Positions 48,645 to 58,480 of a stretch of DNA of 64,000 bases are shown here, piece by piece. The translations under genes were made by a program, and so were the position numbers. The first letter of the stretch is position 1; the number at the start of each line of letters is the position of its first letter. Source of the stretch: Polyangiaceae bacterium (GTDB lineage Bacteria; Myxococcota_A; Polyangia; Polyangiales; Polyangiaceae). Location: the NCBI GenBank assembly GCA_036838085.1, contig DAITGX010000029.1, forward strand, positions 1 through 64,000, written 5' to 3'. The notes beneath the pieces are model-generated. The model was given only the letters and a program-made list of their open reading frames with translations, did no database searches and was not told the DNA's origin.

Positions 48645-51353
48645 TCAGTGGGCGTCGGCCCAGCTTGGTCCAACCCCGACATCGACGAGCAACGGCACAT
48701 CCAGATCCATCACCGACTCCATGGCCTGACGAACGCGGTTTTCGGCTTCCTCCACATGGTTTTCGGGTACTTCGAAGATCAATTCATCGTGAACCGTCAA
48801 AATCATTCTGGCCCCTGGCACGACAGGAGCCGCCAAACGAACCATTGCAAGTTTCAATAGATCGGCGGCGCTCCCTTGAATTGGCGTATTTCCCGCTATT
48901 CGCTCCGCTTGGGCGCGCAGGACACGGTTTGAGCTACGCAAATCCGGCAAATACCGACGTCGACCTAGAATGGTTTCCACGGCCTGCCCTTGACGTGCCG
49001 CTTCCAACGTCGAATCCATGAACCTTCGCACGCCTTCGTACCGCGAAAAATACCGATCGATGAATTGTCGAGCCTCCCCCCGCTCGATCCCTAGTTTCTT
49101 CGATAGCGCCACTTCTCCCATTCCATAAATCACACCAAAGTTGATCGTCTTGGCTTGACGACGTTGCTCGGCCGTTACCTGTTGCGACGATACGCCAAAG
49201 ATTTCCATCGCGGTGCGCGAATGAATATCTTCATGATTTCTGAAGGCATCGATGAGCACTGGATCTTTCGATAGATGCGCCAGGACCCGCAATTCGATCT
49301 GCGAATAGTCGGCGCTCAACAACGTATAGCCTTGTGGAGCAATGAAAGCGCGACGAATGGCCAGGCCTTCTTGCGTTCGCACCGGGATATTTTGCAAGTT
49401 CGGATCGCTGGAGGAAAGCCTACCCGTGGCGGCCACACTTTGATTGAACCGTGTATGAATACGCCCCGTGGTCGGATGAACCAACTTCGGCAGGGTTTCG
49501 ACATAGGTGCTTTGCAGCTTCGAAAGCTGACGAAGGGCAAGAATCGTCCCAACCAACGGATGCATGTCCACCAACGCTTCCAGCACACTGGCATCGGTGC
49601 TGCGCGCGCTTTTGGTCCGCTTTTTCACAGGAAGCCCAAGCTCATCGAAGAGAATCGTTTCGAGCTGTCGGGGGGAACCCACGTTGAAGTCGCGTCCCGC
49701 CTGCTGTTTCGCTGTAGCTTCCAACTCTTTCATCCGCTCTTGCAGCATCGATCCTAGCTGCTCGAGCTGAATGACATCGATCAGCACGCCAGCGCTCTCC
49801 ATATCTATCAGCACGGAAATCAACGGGATTTCGACTTGCGTGAGAAGATCGCTCATCCCTTGTCGTTCGATTCGATCTCGCTGCAGGTGGTGAAGCTGCA
49901 AAGACAGATCCGCATCCGCGCACGCATAACGAGACGCTCGTTCGAGTGGCACCTTATCGAATGTGACTGCCTTCGAACCTTTGCCTCCCACCACCTGCTC
50001 GTAGGTCATCATCTCCACGTGAAGTTCGCGTTTCGCAACCTCCTTCAGTCCATGGGAAGCTTCAGGGTCCAACAGATAACTCTCGATCATCGTATCGGAG
50101 GCCACGGCTTGCATCGGACCGAAGCCGTGGCGGCGCAACACGGTTTCGTCGAACTTCACATGGTGCCCCACCTTGCGAACTTCACTCGAAATCAGCAGTG
50201 GATTGAGAATTTCCCGAACGCGGTCGATGTCCAATTGCGAAGGAACGCCAAGGTAAGCATGCCCGACCGGGATGTACCACCCCTCATGGGGACGACAGGA
50301 TAGAGAGATTCCCACGAGGCGAGCTCGCATGGCGTCGGTGGAATCCGTTTCCGTATCCAGGCCCATCAGGCCAGCCTCATGACAGGCTTGCACGGCCGAA
50401 CGAAGATCCGCCTCCTCAAGCACCAAGCGATAATCGTCTGCCTGGGGCTGATCGAAGTCGATCTCCATTTGTGGACGCATCGCTTCGAGCATGCGCGAGA
50501 ACCCAAGCTCGACATACGCGGCCTCCAAGCCTTTCCAATCCGTTCGAGCATGAAAATCCAAGGCCGATCGCTCGAACGAAACGTCCAAGTCGTCGCGCAA
50601 GGTCACGAGCAAACGTGCAAGTTCCGCAGAGGCGCGATGCTCGACAAGGTTCTCCCGAAGCTTGCCTTTGATCTCGTCGATTCCTTCGTACACCCCTTCG
50701 ATGGATCCGTATTGATCCAGCAGCTTGGCCGCCGTTTTCGGTCCGACCGAGGGAATGCCCATCACATTGTCGGAACTATCTCCCGTCATGGCGAGAAGAT
50801 CCCTCATTTTATCAGGAAAAACCCCAAATTTTTCTCGCACTTCCGCGGGCCCGTACACCTTGTTGCGCATCGTGTCCCACATAACCACAGATGCACCAAC
50901 CAACTGCATGAGGTCCTTGTCCGCGCTGATGATCACCACGCGAAGACCTTCCGAGCAGGCTCGTTTCACCCCACTGGCGATCAAGTCATCCGCTTCGAAA
51001 CCATCTTGTTTCCAGACGGTAAGACCAAGCAAGGACACGAGCCCGCGAACGCGTTGCATTTGAATCGAAAGGTCTTCGGGAGGAGGCGGGCGATTCGCTT
51101 TGTAGGCATTGTCGATTTGCTTTCGAAACGACGGACCTTTCGAATCCATGGCCACCGCCATCAGCGTCGGCTTTCGCTCATCGATCAGTCGGTTGAGCAT
51201 CGTGATAGTGCCGTAGGTGGCATGCGACGGCTCGCCGGTCGGAGAGGAAAGCGGAGCAATCGCGTGGTATGCGCGAAACACGTAGCCAGACAGATCAACG
51301 ATATACAGGGCATCGGTGGCCCCAACCGGAGGAAGCGTCGTCATGGGAGCCAT
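48645..51353 (-). CDS. polA: DNA polymerase I
   Basis: 5'-3' exonuclease N-domain (…LYIVDLSGYVFRAYHA…). 3'-5' exo/Klenow region. Pol A motifs …RRQAKTINFGVIYGMG… and …LTVHDELIFEV… 902 aa. Confidence 0.9.
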   Translation of the reverse strand: MAPMTTLPPVGATDALYIVDLSGYVFRAYHAIAPLSSPTGEPSHATYGTITMLNRLIDERKPTLMAVAMDSKGPSFRKQIDNAYKANRPPPPEDLSIQMQRVRGLVSLLGLTVWKQDGFEADDLIASGVKRACSEGLRVVIISADKDLMQLVGASVVMWDTMRNKVYGPAEVREKFGVFPDKMRDLLAMTGDSSDNVMGIPSVGPKTAAKLLDQYGSIEGVYEGIDEIKGKLRENLVEHRASAELARLLVTLRDDLDVSFERSALDFHARTDWKGLEAAYVELGFSRMLEAMRPQMEIDFDQPQADDYRLVLEEADLRSAVQACHEAGLMGLDTETDSTDAMRARLVGISLSCRPHEGWYIPVGHAYLGVPSQLDIDRVREILNPLLISSEVRKVGHHVKFDETVLRRHGFGPMQAVASDTMIESYLLDPEASHGLKEVAKRELHVEMMTYEQVVGGKGSKAVTFDKVPLERASRYACADADLSLQLHHLQRDRIERQGMSDLLTQVEIPLISVLIDMESAGVLIDVIQLEQLGSMLQERMKELEATAKQQAGRDFNVGSPRQLETILFDELGLPVKKRTKSARSTDASVLEALVDMHPLVGTILALRQLSKLQSTYVETLPKLVHPTTGRIHTRFNQSVAATGRLSSSDPNLQNIPVRTQEGLAIRRAFIAPQGYTLLSADYSQIELRVLAHLSKDPVLIDAFRNHEDIHSRTAMEIFGVSSQQVTAEQRRQAKTINFGVIYGMGEVALSKKLGIERGEARQFIDRYFSRYEGVRRFMDSTLEAARQGQAVETILGRRRYLPDLRSSNRVLRAQAERIAGNTPIQGSAADLLKLAMVRLAAPVVPGARMILTVHDELIFEVPENHVEEAENRVRQAMESVMDLDVPLLVDVGVGPSWADAH

Positions 51354-51439
51354 GCGTAGCGCACATTGAGCAAGGATAGAATGCTTACGGTTGGCGACCG
51401 CACCAAGGAAAAGGTAGTCTAGGGGCGGCGAACGAAACG

Positions 51440-52801
51440 ATGAACGACGCAGCAGACGCTCCGAACAGCGAATGGATAGCCGGCAAGTACCGATTGATAC
51501 GCATGATCGGACAAGGGGGAATGGGCACGGTCTGGGAGGGGCAACACATTACGTTGGGAACGAAGGTCGCGATCAAGATGATCGAACACGACCTGGCCGA
51601 AAACCACGAAGCACGGAATCGATTCGACAAGGAAGCCCGCGCCGCGGCAACGCTTTCCTCTCGTTATGTCGTCACCGTCTTCGACCATGGAGTGATGCCC
51701 GATGGTCGTCCTTTCATCGTCATGGAATACCTTCGGGGGCAAACGCTCGAAGAGCGTGCCGCTACCAATCACCGTCTGCCTCTTGTCGAAGTGGCACGGA
51801 TCATCGACCAGGTCGCTCGCGGCCTGTCCAAAGCGCACGAGCATGGCATCGTGCATCGTGATCTCAAACCAGAGAATATCTTCCTGACCGAGTCTCCCGA
51901 TGAAGACGAAACCGTGGCGAAGATCGTCGATTTCGGCATTGCCAAATTCATCGAAGGCACCCCGCTGTCTCAGCCATCGTCGACGCGTTCCGGTACGATT
52001 TTAGGAACGCCCGTGTATATGAGTCCAGAACAGGCTCGCGGCCTTCGGGATATCGACCATAGGAGCGACCTTTGGGCCCTGGGCGTCATCGCTTACCGCT
52101 GCGCCGTCGGCACCCTACCGTTCCAAGGCGAAGCCGTCGGCGATATCGTTGTCAATATCTGCACCAAAGATCCCGTGCTCCCCAGCACACTCGTTCCTTC
52201 CCTTCCTAAGGCTTTCGACGATTGGTTCCGTCGTTGCGTGGCCCGGGACCGCGAGATGCGCTTTGACTCTGCCAAAGAACTCGCCTCATCGTTATGGGCG
52301 GCGTCGGGTTCATCGCCCCCTCAGTCCTTCGCCACCGACCTTCTCAACCCGCACCTGGTCGAAAGCCGCACAAATGCTTCTCATTCATCGATCGAGAGTG
52401 CCACGACACAAGTCGCGACCACGAATCCGCCAGGGCGCAGCCGAATGTCCAGGGGTGTGTTGGGAGGAACACTCGTGCTGTTGGGAGCTTGCGCATCGCT
52501 GCTGGTGGGCTGGTGGTATTCGTCGGCTTCCCTTTCCGAACCGATGGCCGCCGAGGCGTCCCATCCTTATTTTCCTGAGGAAATACAAATAGTTAACATG
52601 ATTGCGCCCGCAGCGAACTCGGAAGAGGAAGCCTCAATTTCCTTGCCTGAATCGATGGCCTCGAATGCTGCCGCCTCGGATGCGCCATCGTCATCACGCC
52701 CAAAAATACGCCCACCCCAGGCATCGGCTGTCCAAACCGCAAGCCGGGGACCAAGTCGAACGTTACCGCCCTCGACGACAACCATTGACCTAGGGTATTG
52801 A
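51440..52801 (+). CDS. Hanks-type Ser/Thr protein kinase with C-terminal TM/Pro-Ser-rich region
   Basis: YRLIRMIGQGGMGTVWEG…VAIKMI…HRDLKPENIFL…DFGIAK…GTPVYMSPEQ. One hydrophobic helix (LGGTLVLLGACASLLVGWWY). Confidence 0.9.
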   Translation: MNDAADAPNSEWIAGKYRLIRMIGQGGMGTVWEGQHITLGTKVAIKMIEHDLAENHEARNRFDKEARAAATLSSRYVVTVFDHGVMPDGRPFIVMEYLRGQTLEERAATNHRLPLVEVARIIDQVARGLSKAHEHGIVHRDLKPENIFLTESPDEDETVAKIVDFGIAKFIEGTPLSQPSSTRSGTILGTPVYMSPEQARGLRDIDHRSDLWALGVIAYRCAVGTLPFQGEAVGDIVVNICTKDPVLPSTLVPSLPKAFDDWFRRCVARDREMRFDSAKELASSLWAASGSSPPQSFATDLLNPHLVESRTNASHSSIESATTQVATTNPPGRSRMSRGVLGGTLVLLGACASLLVGWWYSSASLSEPMAAEASHPYFPEEIQIVNMIAPAANSEEEASISLPESMASNAAASDAPSSSRPKIRPPQASAVQTASRGPSRTLPPSTTTIDLGY

Positions 52802-52900
52802 GACTGCAAACCTGCCAAGCGACGCTCCGCCTGTTGACCAATGCCTCGCAAAGATCCAGGGTCATACGGCTCAGCCCAAGGCGAGTACCATGATGGAGAA

Positions 52901-53200
52901 ATGATGACGGACACTAGAATTTTATGGGACTTCGATGTGCGCGTTCGAGACCGGAACTTGAAAACCGGTCGTCTGAAGAAAGACGAAGTGGATAGGTACT
53001 ACGACAACCTCGTGGACGTGACCAACAACGTCGATGCGATGGAGGCGCGTCAACCCACATTGCCGACCGCGGAAGACAAGCACGAGGAAGAGCCTTCGGC
53101 AGTCCAAGGGTCACCGTCGATGGGATACGCCCCCGCGGCTCCCGGACTACCGATGATGCAGCCTATCATTCCTCACGCCAAGAACGAGGACGATTACTGA
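52901..53200 (+). CDS. Hypothetical small protein
   Basis: ORF between the kinase and DUF1844 genes on the same strand. Start taken at the MMTDTRILWDF ATG. No recognisable domain. Confidence 0.4.
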   Translation: MMTDTRILWDFDVRVRDRNLKTGRLKKDEVDRYYDNLVDVTNNVDAMEARQPTLPTAEDKHEEEPSAVQGSPSMGYAPAAPGLPMMQPIIPHAKNEDDY

Positions 53201-53225
53201 GTTACGGGCCCTATGGGAGGCGAGC

Positions 53226-53513
53226 ATGGCGGACGAAAAGGCACAACAAGCCACTGAACTTCCAAAGACGGATTTTTCCACGTTCGTGTTGTCGTTGAGT
53301 CATTCCGCGCTCGTGCATCTCGGGGACGCGCCATCCCCCGACGGGGTTGCGCGAACGCCCAATCTCGTTTTGGCCCGACAAACCATTGATTTGCTCGAGA
53401 TTCTTTCGGAAAAAACCAAGGGCAACCTCACGGGAGAAGAAGAACGTCTGCTCGAGCATATTTTATATGAACTGCGGATGCGTTTCGTCGAGGTCGCCAA
53501 GGAGAAGTCGTGA
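53226..53513 (+). CDS. DUF1844-family small protein
   Basis: MADEKAQQATELPKTDFSTFVLSLSHSALVHLGD…LARQTIDLLEILSEKTKGNLTGEEERLLEHILYELRMRFVE matches the conserved DUF1844 pattern. Stop overlaps the htrA start. Confidence 0.6.
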   Translation: MADEKAQQATELPKTDFSTFVLSLSHSALVHLGDAPSPDGVARTPNLVLARQTIDLLEILSEKTKGNLTGEEERLLEHILYELRMRFVEVAKEKS

Positions 53514-54691
53514 ACGGCTGGATGCGCGCTTGGAGGGCAGCGTCGCTGACGATCAGTTTGCTCACGCTGCTTTTGCCGGTATCGTGTGGCAAAGGGCATT
53601 CTTCGCCGACGGCGGAGCAGACGGAAAGCGCGGTTCCTGCTGTCCAGGCGGCATCCGTGACGCCCCCCACGACCGCGGCGGCGCCGACGCCGACCATGAT
53701 GCCGATGGGGGCACCCATGTCGTTTGCATCCTTGGCAAAAACCGCAGATCCCGGCGTGGTGACGATCCAAAGCCGTGTAGAACGAACGTTTGGAAGCGGT
53801 CGACGTCGCGTGCTTTCCGAAGGACTTGGAACGGGATTCGTGTACGACAAAGCCGGTCTCGTGCTCACCAACAACCATGTGATTGAGGGGGCCACGGCGG
53901 TGGTGGTTCAATTCGCGAGCGGGCGTTCGGTGCAAGCGGAGGTGAAGGGACGGGACCGTCATACGGACGTGGCGGTTTTGCAGTTGGAGAAAGCCGAAGG
54001 GCTACATGCGTTGCCGCTGGGTGACTCCGATGGGATTGAGGTAGGTGATTGGGTGGTAGCGATTGGCAATCCTTTTGGGCTGGCTCACACCGTTTCGGCG
54101 GGGATATTGTCTGGAAAAGGGCGAACGAAGGACGATGTCAAGGGCCTGGACCCGAGCGGGTATTTCAATTTTCTTCAGACGGATGCGGCGATCAACCAGG
54201 GCAATTCCGGCGGGCCTTTGTTGAATTTGCGTGGGGAAGTGGTGGGAATCAACACGGCCATCCGCGCGAATGCCAACAACATCGGTTTCGCGATTCCGAT
54301 CAACATGGTCAAAGAGCTGCTGCCGATTTTGGTCAAGGATGGGAAGATCACGCGTAGCGCGCTGGGTATCAGTGTCCGGGAGTTGGATTCCACCGAGTCG
54401 GAACGATTGAAAAGGCCGGACACGAAGGGAGCGTGGGTGGTGGATATTGCTCCGGGCTCCGGAGCCGACCGCGCGGGAATTCGTCCAGATGACGTAATTT
54501 TAGGATTTGACGGTAAACAAGTTCTGGATCCGAATATGCTTCGGTGGTGGGCGAGCATTGCGGGTGTGGGCAAGACGGTGGATGTGAAGGTGGGAAGAGG
54601 AACGAGGACGTTCGATGTAAAAGTTACCTTAGGGGAGTTACCGGAACAACCGGAACCACCGTCTCCGGGATTTCCGCCTGGATTTCCGTGA
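53510..54691 (+). CDS. HtrA/DegP-family periplasmic serine endoprotease with PDZ domain
   Basis: …GTGFVYDKAGLVLTNNHVIEGA (His), …DVAVLQLE… (Asp), …GNSGGPLLNLRGEVVGINTAI (Ser). C-terminal PDZ …GAWVVDIAPGSGADRAGIRPDDVILGFDGKQV. Confidence 0.9.
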   Translation: MNGWMRAWRAASLTISLLTLLLPVSCGKGHSSPTAEQTESAVPAVQAASVTPPTTAAAPTPTMMPMGAPMSFASLAKTADPGVVTIQSRVERTFGSGRRRVLSEGLGTGFVYDKAGLVLTNNHVIEGATAVVVQFASGRSVQAEVKGRDRHTDVAVLQLEKAEGLHALPLGDSDGIEVGDWVVAIGNPFGLAHTVSAGILSGKGRTKDDVKGLDPSGYFNFLQTDAAINQGNSGGPLLNLRGEVVGINTAIRANANNIGFAIPINMVKELLPILVKDGKITRSALGISVRELDSTESERLKRPDTKGAWVVDIAPGSGADRAGIRPDDVILGFDGKQVLDPNMLRWWASIAGVGKTVDVKVGRGTRTFDVKVTLGELPEQPEPPSPGFPPGFP

Positions 54692-55449
54692 TGGACGATA
54701 ATATCCGCCATGAGGAAGGCTCTGCTGGGAGCGTAGGAGGGGAGCAAGCTACGACCGTGGTGAATACCCAATCGGTGGTTGCGTCCAACCGTGAGCAACG
54801 AAGGGCGGAAGCCGAGGAAGATCGTGTACTCATCGAAGCAGCGCAGAAAGGTGACGTGGCCGCATTTCGAGCCCTGGTGGAAAAGCACCAGCGGCGAGTA
54901 TTCTCGATTGCCCTTGGCATCGTGCGTGACGAAAACGACGCGCGAGAAATTTCTCAAGAAGCCTTTATTCGGGTGTACCGCGGATTGGACCGGTTCCAGG
55001 GCGGGTCGAGCTTTTTTACCTGGCTTTATCGAATTGTCACCAACTTATCCATTGACCTCATTCGTCGGCCCGGCAGGCGCGACGCGGAGCTTGTGGAAGA
55101 TCGAAAGGTGTATGACGTCGCGGATGGGAGTCTCGAACCTTTCGTGGCCCGCCTGGAGGGGGAAGACCCTCTGCGAGTCGTGCGTCGCCGAGAAATTGCC
55201 GAACGTTTGCAGGAGGCGCTTGACGCATTGCCGCCCTACCACTTGGGCGTCATTCTGATGAGAGAGGTTGAAGGCATGTCGTACGAAGAAATGGCCGAGG
55301 CAATGGGCGTGTCCAAGGGCACGATCATGAGCCGTCTATTTCACGCACGACAGAAACTCCAGCGAGCACTTCGGGATTGCTATGAAGAGGAAATCGAATC
55401 CATCGACGAGCCGATGAGCGCGTCGGGAAAGCATGAGGCTCAACCGTGA
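54691..55449 (+). CDS. ECF (sigma-70 family, group 4) sigma factor
   Basis: Region 2 …FRALVEKHQRRVFSIALGIVRDENDAREISQEAFIRVYRGLDRFQ…FFTWLYRIVTNLSID. Region 4 …SYEEMAEAMGVSKGTIMSRLFHARQKLQ. The ATG at 54691 overlaps the htrA stop codon by 1 nt. Confidence 0.85.
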   Translation: MDDNIRHEEGSAGSVGGEQATTVVNTQSVVASNREQRRAEAEEDRVLIEAAQKGDVAAFRALVEKHQRRVFSIALGIVRDENDAREISQEAFIRVYRGLDRFQGGSSFFTWLYRIVTNLSIDLIRRPGRRDAELVEDRKVYDVADGSLEPFVARLEGEDPLRVVRRREIAERLQEALDALPPYHLGVILMREVEGMSYEEMAEAMGVSKGTIMSRLFHARQKLQRALRDCYEEEIESIDEPMSASGKHEAQP

Positions 55450-56081
55450 ACAACCGCGCCAACAATAGCGATGGCCGTGGGGAACTGTCTTCGGATAGCG
55501 TGACTTCCCACGATTTGATGATGTTCGCGGACGGGGAGTTGGATGCGCAGCGTGAGGCTGCCGTAGCCTCGTATCTCCGGGAGAATGAGACTGGCCGTGC
55601 GGTTGTGTCCACGGTGTGGGAGATGGGGGCGAGGATACGGGAACTGCAGGATCGCAAGGCGATCGACGCCGGTGCGGACGGGATTGCTTCTTTGGTGATG
55701 GCTCGCATCGAGCAGGAGGCGTCTGCACCGCGGAAAGAAAATGTCGTCCCGTTGGTAACGTCGGAGCGTCGTGCCGTGGGGTTTGGCCCTGTGGTGGTGG
55801 GGGGATTGGCGTTGGCGGCTGGGGTGGCGTTGTTGGTGTGGCGGCTGGTGGGGATGGATTTGACACAGCCTATCCCTGAGAAAACGGCCGGGGCTTTGAG
55901 CAGTGAGAAGCCGGTATCGGTTTCCGCCTTGTCGACGGAAGACGATCCGGAGCCTGGGGTGTCGGTGGATTCGATTGATTTCGGTGCTCGAACGGGCACA
56001 ATTTTCTATGTTCCTAACGGTGCAGGTTCTACGACGACGGTCGTTTGGCTCACGGATGATGAGGTCGGAGGCAACCCATGA
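55446..56081 (+). CDS. Probable membrane-spanning anti-sigma factor
   Basis: Immediately follows the ECF sigma with a 4-nt overlap. N-terminal …DLMMFADGELDAQREAAVASYL… anti-sigma-like. Single TM (VVGGLALAAGVALLVWRLVG). Periplasmic tail. Confidence 0.6.
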   Translation: MNNRANNSDGRGELSSDSVTSHDLMMFADGELDAQREAAVASYLRENETGRAVVSTVWEMGARIRELQDRKAIDAGADGIASLVMARIEQEASAPRKENVVPLVTSERRAVGFGPVVVGGLALAAGVALLVWRLVGMDLTQPIPEKTAGALSSEKPVSVSALSTEDDPEPGVSVDSIDFGARTGTIFYVPNGAGSTTTVVWLTDDEVGGNP

Positions 56082-56671
56082 CCCGAAGCGGATACACTGT
56101 ATTTGGACTCGCCCCTCGGTGGATCGCGCTGTGTGGGGTGGGATTGATGGTTTCGGCCAGTTGGTGGGCTCACGCGCAGCAGCAACCAGCTTCTGAACCG
56201 CCAGTGGCTGAGCCGATGCAGGCCGATGGGGGGACCGCACCGCAACCGCAGGTTCCTTCCGAGATTCTTGTATTGCATGCCACCAACACGGGCGGCGGAA
56301 TCGATCCCGAACTGCAGCATCTCAAACAGCTACAAAAACCGCCATTTTCCGCCTACGACACGTATCGTTTGCTGCATCGGCATTCGATTGTGTTGCGGTT
56401 GCAGCAACCAGATTCCACGCAACTTCCCAATGGCAGAACGCTGCGAACCGTGTTGAAAGCGGTATTGCCGGAAGAACGATACCGGGTAGCGGCGAGCATC
56501 AGTCGACCACCGCAAGACAAGGATGGCGGATACTTACCTTTGCTCGAGGTAACGGCGAAAAGTGGGGAGCCATTTTTCGTAGCGGGGCAGAGCTATCGGG
56601 GGGGGATTCTCGTGGTGGGCATCCAGGTGGGAAAAGCTACGAAAAAAGACAAGCCTCCGGCGGATAAGTGA
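56078..56671 (+). CDS. Hypothetical secreted protein, last gene of the sigma/anti-sigma operon
   Basis: 4-nt overlap with the anti-sigma gene. Signal …ALCGVGLMVSASWWAHAQQ. No recognisable domain. Confidence 0.5.
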   Translation: MTRSGYTVFGLAPRWIALCGVGLMVSASWWAHAQQQPASEPPVAEPMQADGGTAPQPQVPSEILVLHATNTGGGIDPELQHLKQLQKPPFSAYDTYRLLHRHSIVLRLQQPDSTQLPNGRTLRTVLKAVLPEERYRVAASISRPPQDKDGGYLPLLEVTAKSGEPFFVAGQSYRGGILVVGIQVGKATKKDKPPADK

Positions 56672-56724
56672 ACGTAAGGGCTTCGTATTCGGACAGCGCT
56701 CGTGCTAGACAGTTGCCTCTTCGA

Positions 56725-56801
56725 GCGCCCGTAGCTCAGTTGGATAGAGCAGCGGCCTTCTAAGCCGCGGGTCACTGGTTCGAATCCAGTCGGGCGTGCC
56801 A
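56725..56801 (+). tRNA. tRNA-Arg (anticodon TCT)
   Basis: GCGCCCG-TA-GCTC-AGTTGGATA-GAGC-A-GCGGC-CTTCTAA-GCCGC-GGGTC-ACTGG-TTCGAAT-CCAGT-CGGGCGT-G-CCA. Anticodon loop CTTCTAA gives TCT. Near-identical to E. coli argU-type tRNA. Encoded CCA; G1·U72 wobble. Confidence 0.9.
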
Positions 56802-57217
56802 CGGTCATTCCATCATCAAGAGCGTGACGACGATGGCGAGCCTGTGGGGTTGCGTCACAAGGGCCAGCGCAACAATGTCCTAGCGAGCCGTACGTTGGGC
56901 GACGGCTTCCATGATGACGTGCTTCGTTGGTTCCACCGATCGAACGCGCCCCTCGATGACCGACGCAACAGGCAGCGTCGATGGCGCTTCTCTTGGCGCT
57001 CACCCACAGTGGCAAAAAAACTTTATATTACTCATAGTTACACAGATCACGGTCGAGACCATCGACGACGATTCTGTATGACAAACACCACGGGCGGAGG
57101 CGGCAGCCCAGGGGTTTTCTCGATGCAGCCGGTGGCGGAAGGCCCTCGACTTGGGCGAAGGCATAGGGAGCACGGACGAAGCGAGAGCCTGGTTTTGCCG
57201 TTCTTTCGTTCGAGACC

Positions 57218-58480
57218 TCAGGCATTGGTCAATACGTATCGCGCGGCTGCCGTGCCAGCTTCGACTCCCGTGGCGATGGAGGCCAATGAGGCCGCGGGTC
57301 GTTTCAGCGCCAATTCGCCTGCGACAAAAAGGCCCGCGAGTGGATTATTCGAGGCATCGAGGACCTGGACGCCATCGCGGAGCACATTGATCCTATCCAT
57401 CCACCAAACGCCGTGGTCGTCGCGCGGCCAGGCGAGTCGTTCGAGATTGAACCCATGAAGGGATGCGACCGTTTCGGAGATTCGACCATCGACCGTAAGG
57501 ACCAAGGGCCCGCGATACGAAAGGGAAAATGGATGGGCTGGTGAAAACGACTGCTCGTTGCCCTCCTGGGGCTCACCAGAAGTGAGGATGATTCCACCTC
57601 CCGCGATACCGCCCGTCGCGACCACGACAGCCTTGGCCTGGTACGGGCGCTTCGACTGGGAAACATGCACATTCCAATCGCCATCGACCTGCTCGAGCCG
57701 CTGCACGCGATCTTGGATCCGCGTGATCCGTTGTTGGGTCAGCCACCGATTCGCGGCATGCTCCCACCGGGCTCCGGCGGTACTTCCAAGCCCCGCGCAA
57801 GCTTCTCCGATTTGTATCCCTATATGGTTAGTCAGGATCGAAGCAACGGGCGTATCGATGCCCAACCACGGTCCCAGCAATACAGATTTTCCGCCTCCAT
57901 GCCGCTGGACCTCCGCGCTCAGATGCTCACCGAATTTCGTACGACCCTCCGGACTATCAAGGTGAAAGGCGATTTCCGTATCGGAACCAAAACGCATTCG
58001 ATCGTCGTCGAGTGACGAGGCATCGAAGCTTTCGAAACGAAGACCTTGCTCACGGCACCAGAGATCTTCCGACCATGATCGGGCGAGGAAATCAGCATCC
58101 CAATTCGGTCTATCGATACGAGGCACAAGAATCGTTTCGTTTTTGTGAGAGGCCAGATTGAGCAGGGCGCGGTCCGCGGCATCGGCGGTTCGAACGACTC
58201 CGGCGAGAGTGGCAACTCGTGTTTTTTCGGGATCAACACACCATATATCGATGGCGTCGATGAATTCTTTTTGTCGTTCGTCCAGCGATGAACTCCTGGG
58301 ATGCAGGTTCCAGACGCCATGGTCCAAACAACCGGAATACAGCGTAGTGGCGCCATTTCCGAGGGAAATGAGCAGCGGCCGCACCCCCAGGCGAAGCGAT
58401 GCATGAGCCGCGGCAACTCCCGCCGCGCCATCGCCAAGGATGATCACATCTTCGTGATGATTCACGGTTCTTGTCCCCAT
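57218..58480 (-). CDS. glpB: Anaerobic glycerol-3-phosphate dehydrogenase subunit B
   Basis: …HEDVIILGDGAAGVAAAHASLRLGVRPLLISLGNGATTLYSGCLD aligns with E. coli GlpB ([43 protein letters not shown]). Follows glpA. Start (ATG 58480, or GTG 58465 forming GTGA with the glpA stop) uncertain. Confidence 0.75.
   Translation of the reverse strand: MGTRTVNHHEDVIILGDGAAGVAAAHASLRLGVRPLLISLGNGATTLYSGCLDHGVWNLHPRSSSLDERQKEFIDAIDIWCVDPEKTRVATLAGVVRTADAADRALLNLASHKNETILVPRIDRPNWDADFLARSWSEDLWCREQGLRFESFDASSLDDDRMRFGSDTEIAFHLDSPEGRTKFGEHLSAEVQRHGGGKSVLLGPWLGIDTPVASILTNHIGIQIGEACAGLGSTAGARWEHAANRWLTQQRITRIQDRVQRLEQVDGDWNVHVSQSKRPYQAKAVVVATGGIAGGGIILTSGEPQEGNEQSFSPAHPFSLSYRGPLVLTVDGRISETVASLHGFNLERLAWPRDDHGVWWMDRINVLRDGVQVLDASNNPLAGLFVAGELALKRPAASLASIATGVEAGTAAARYVLTNA

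Noticed and set aside
50379-51359. 326-aa plus-strand ORF inside polA
   Set aside because: Antisense shadow of a clearly identified PolA.
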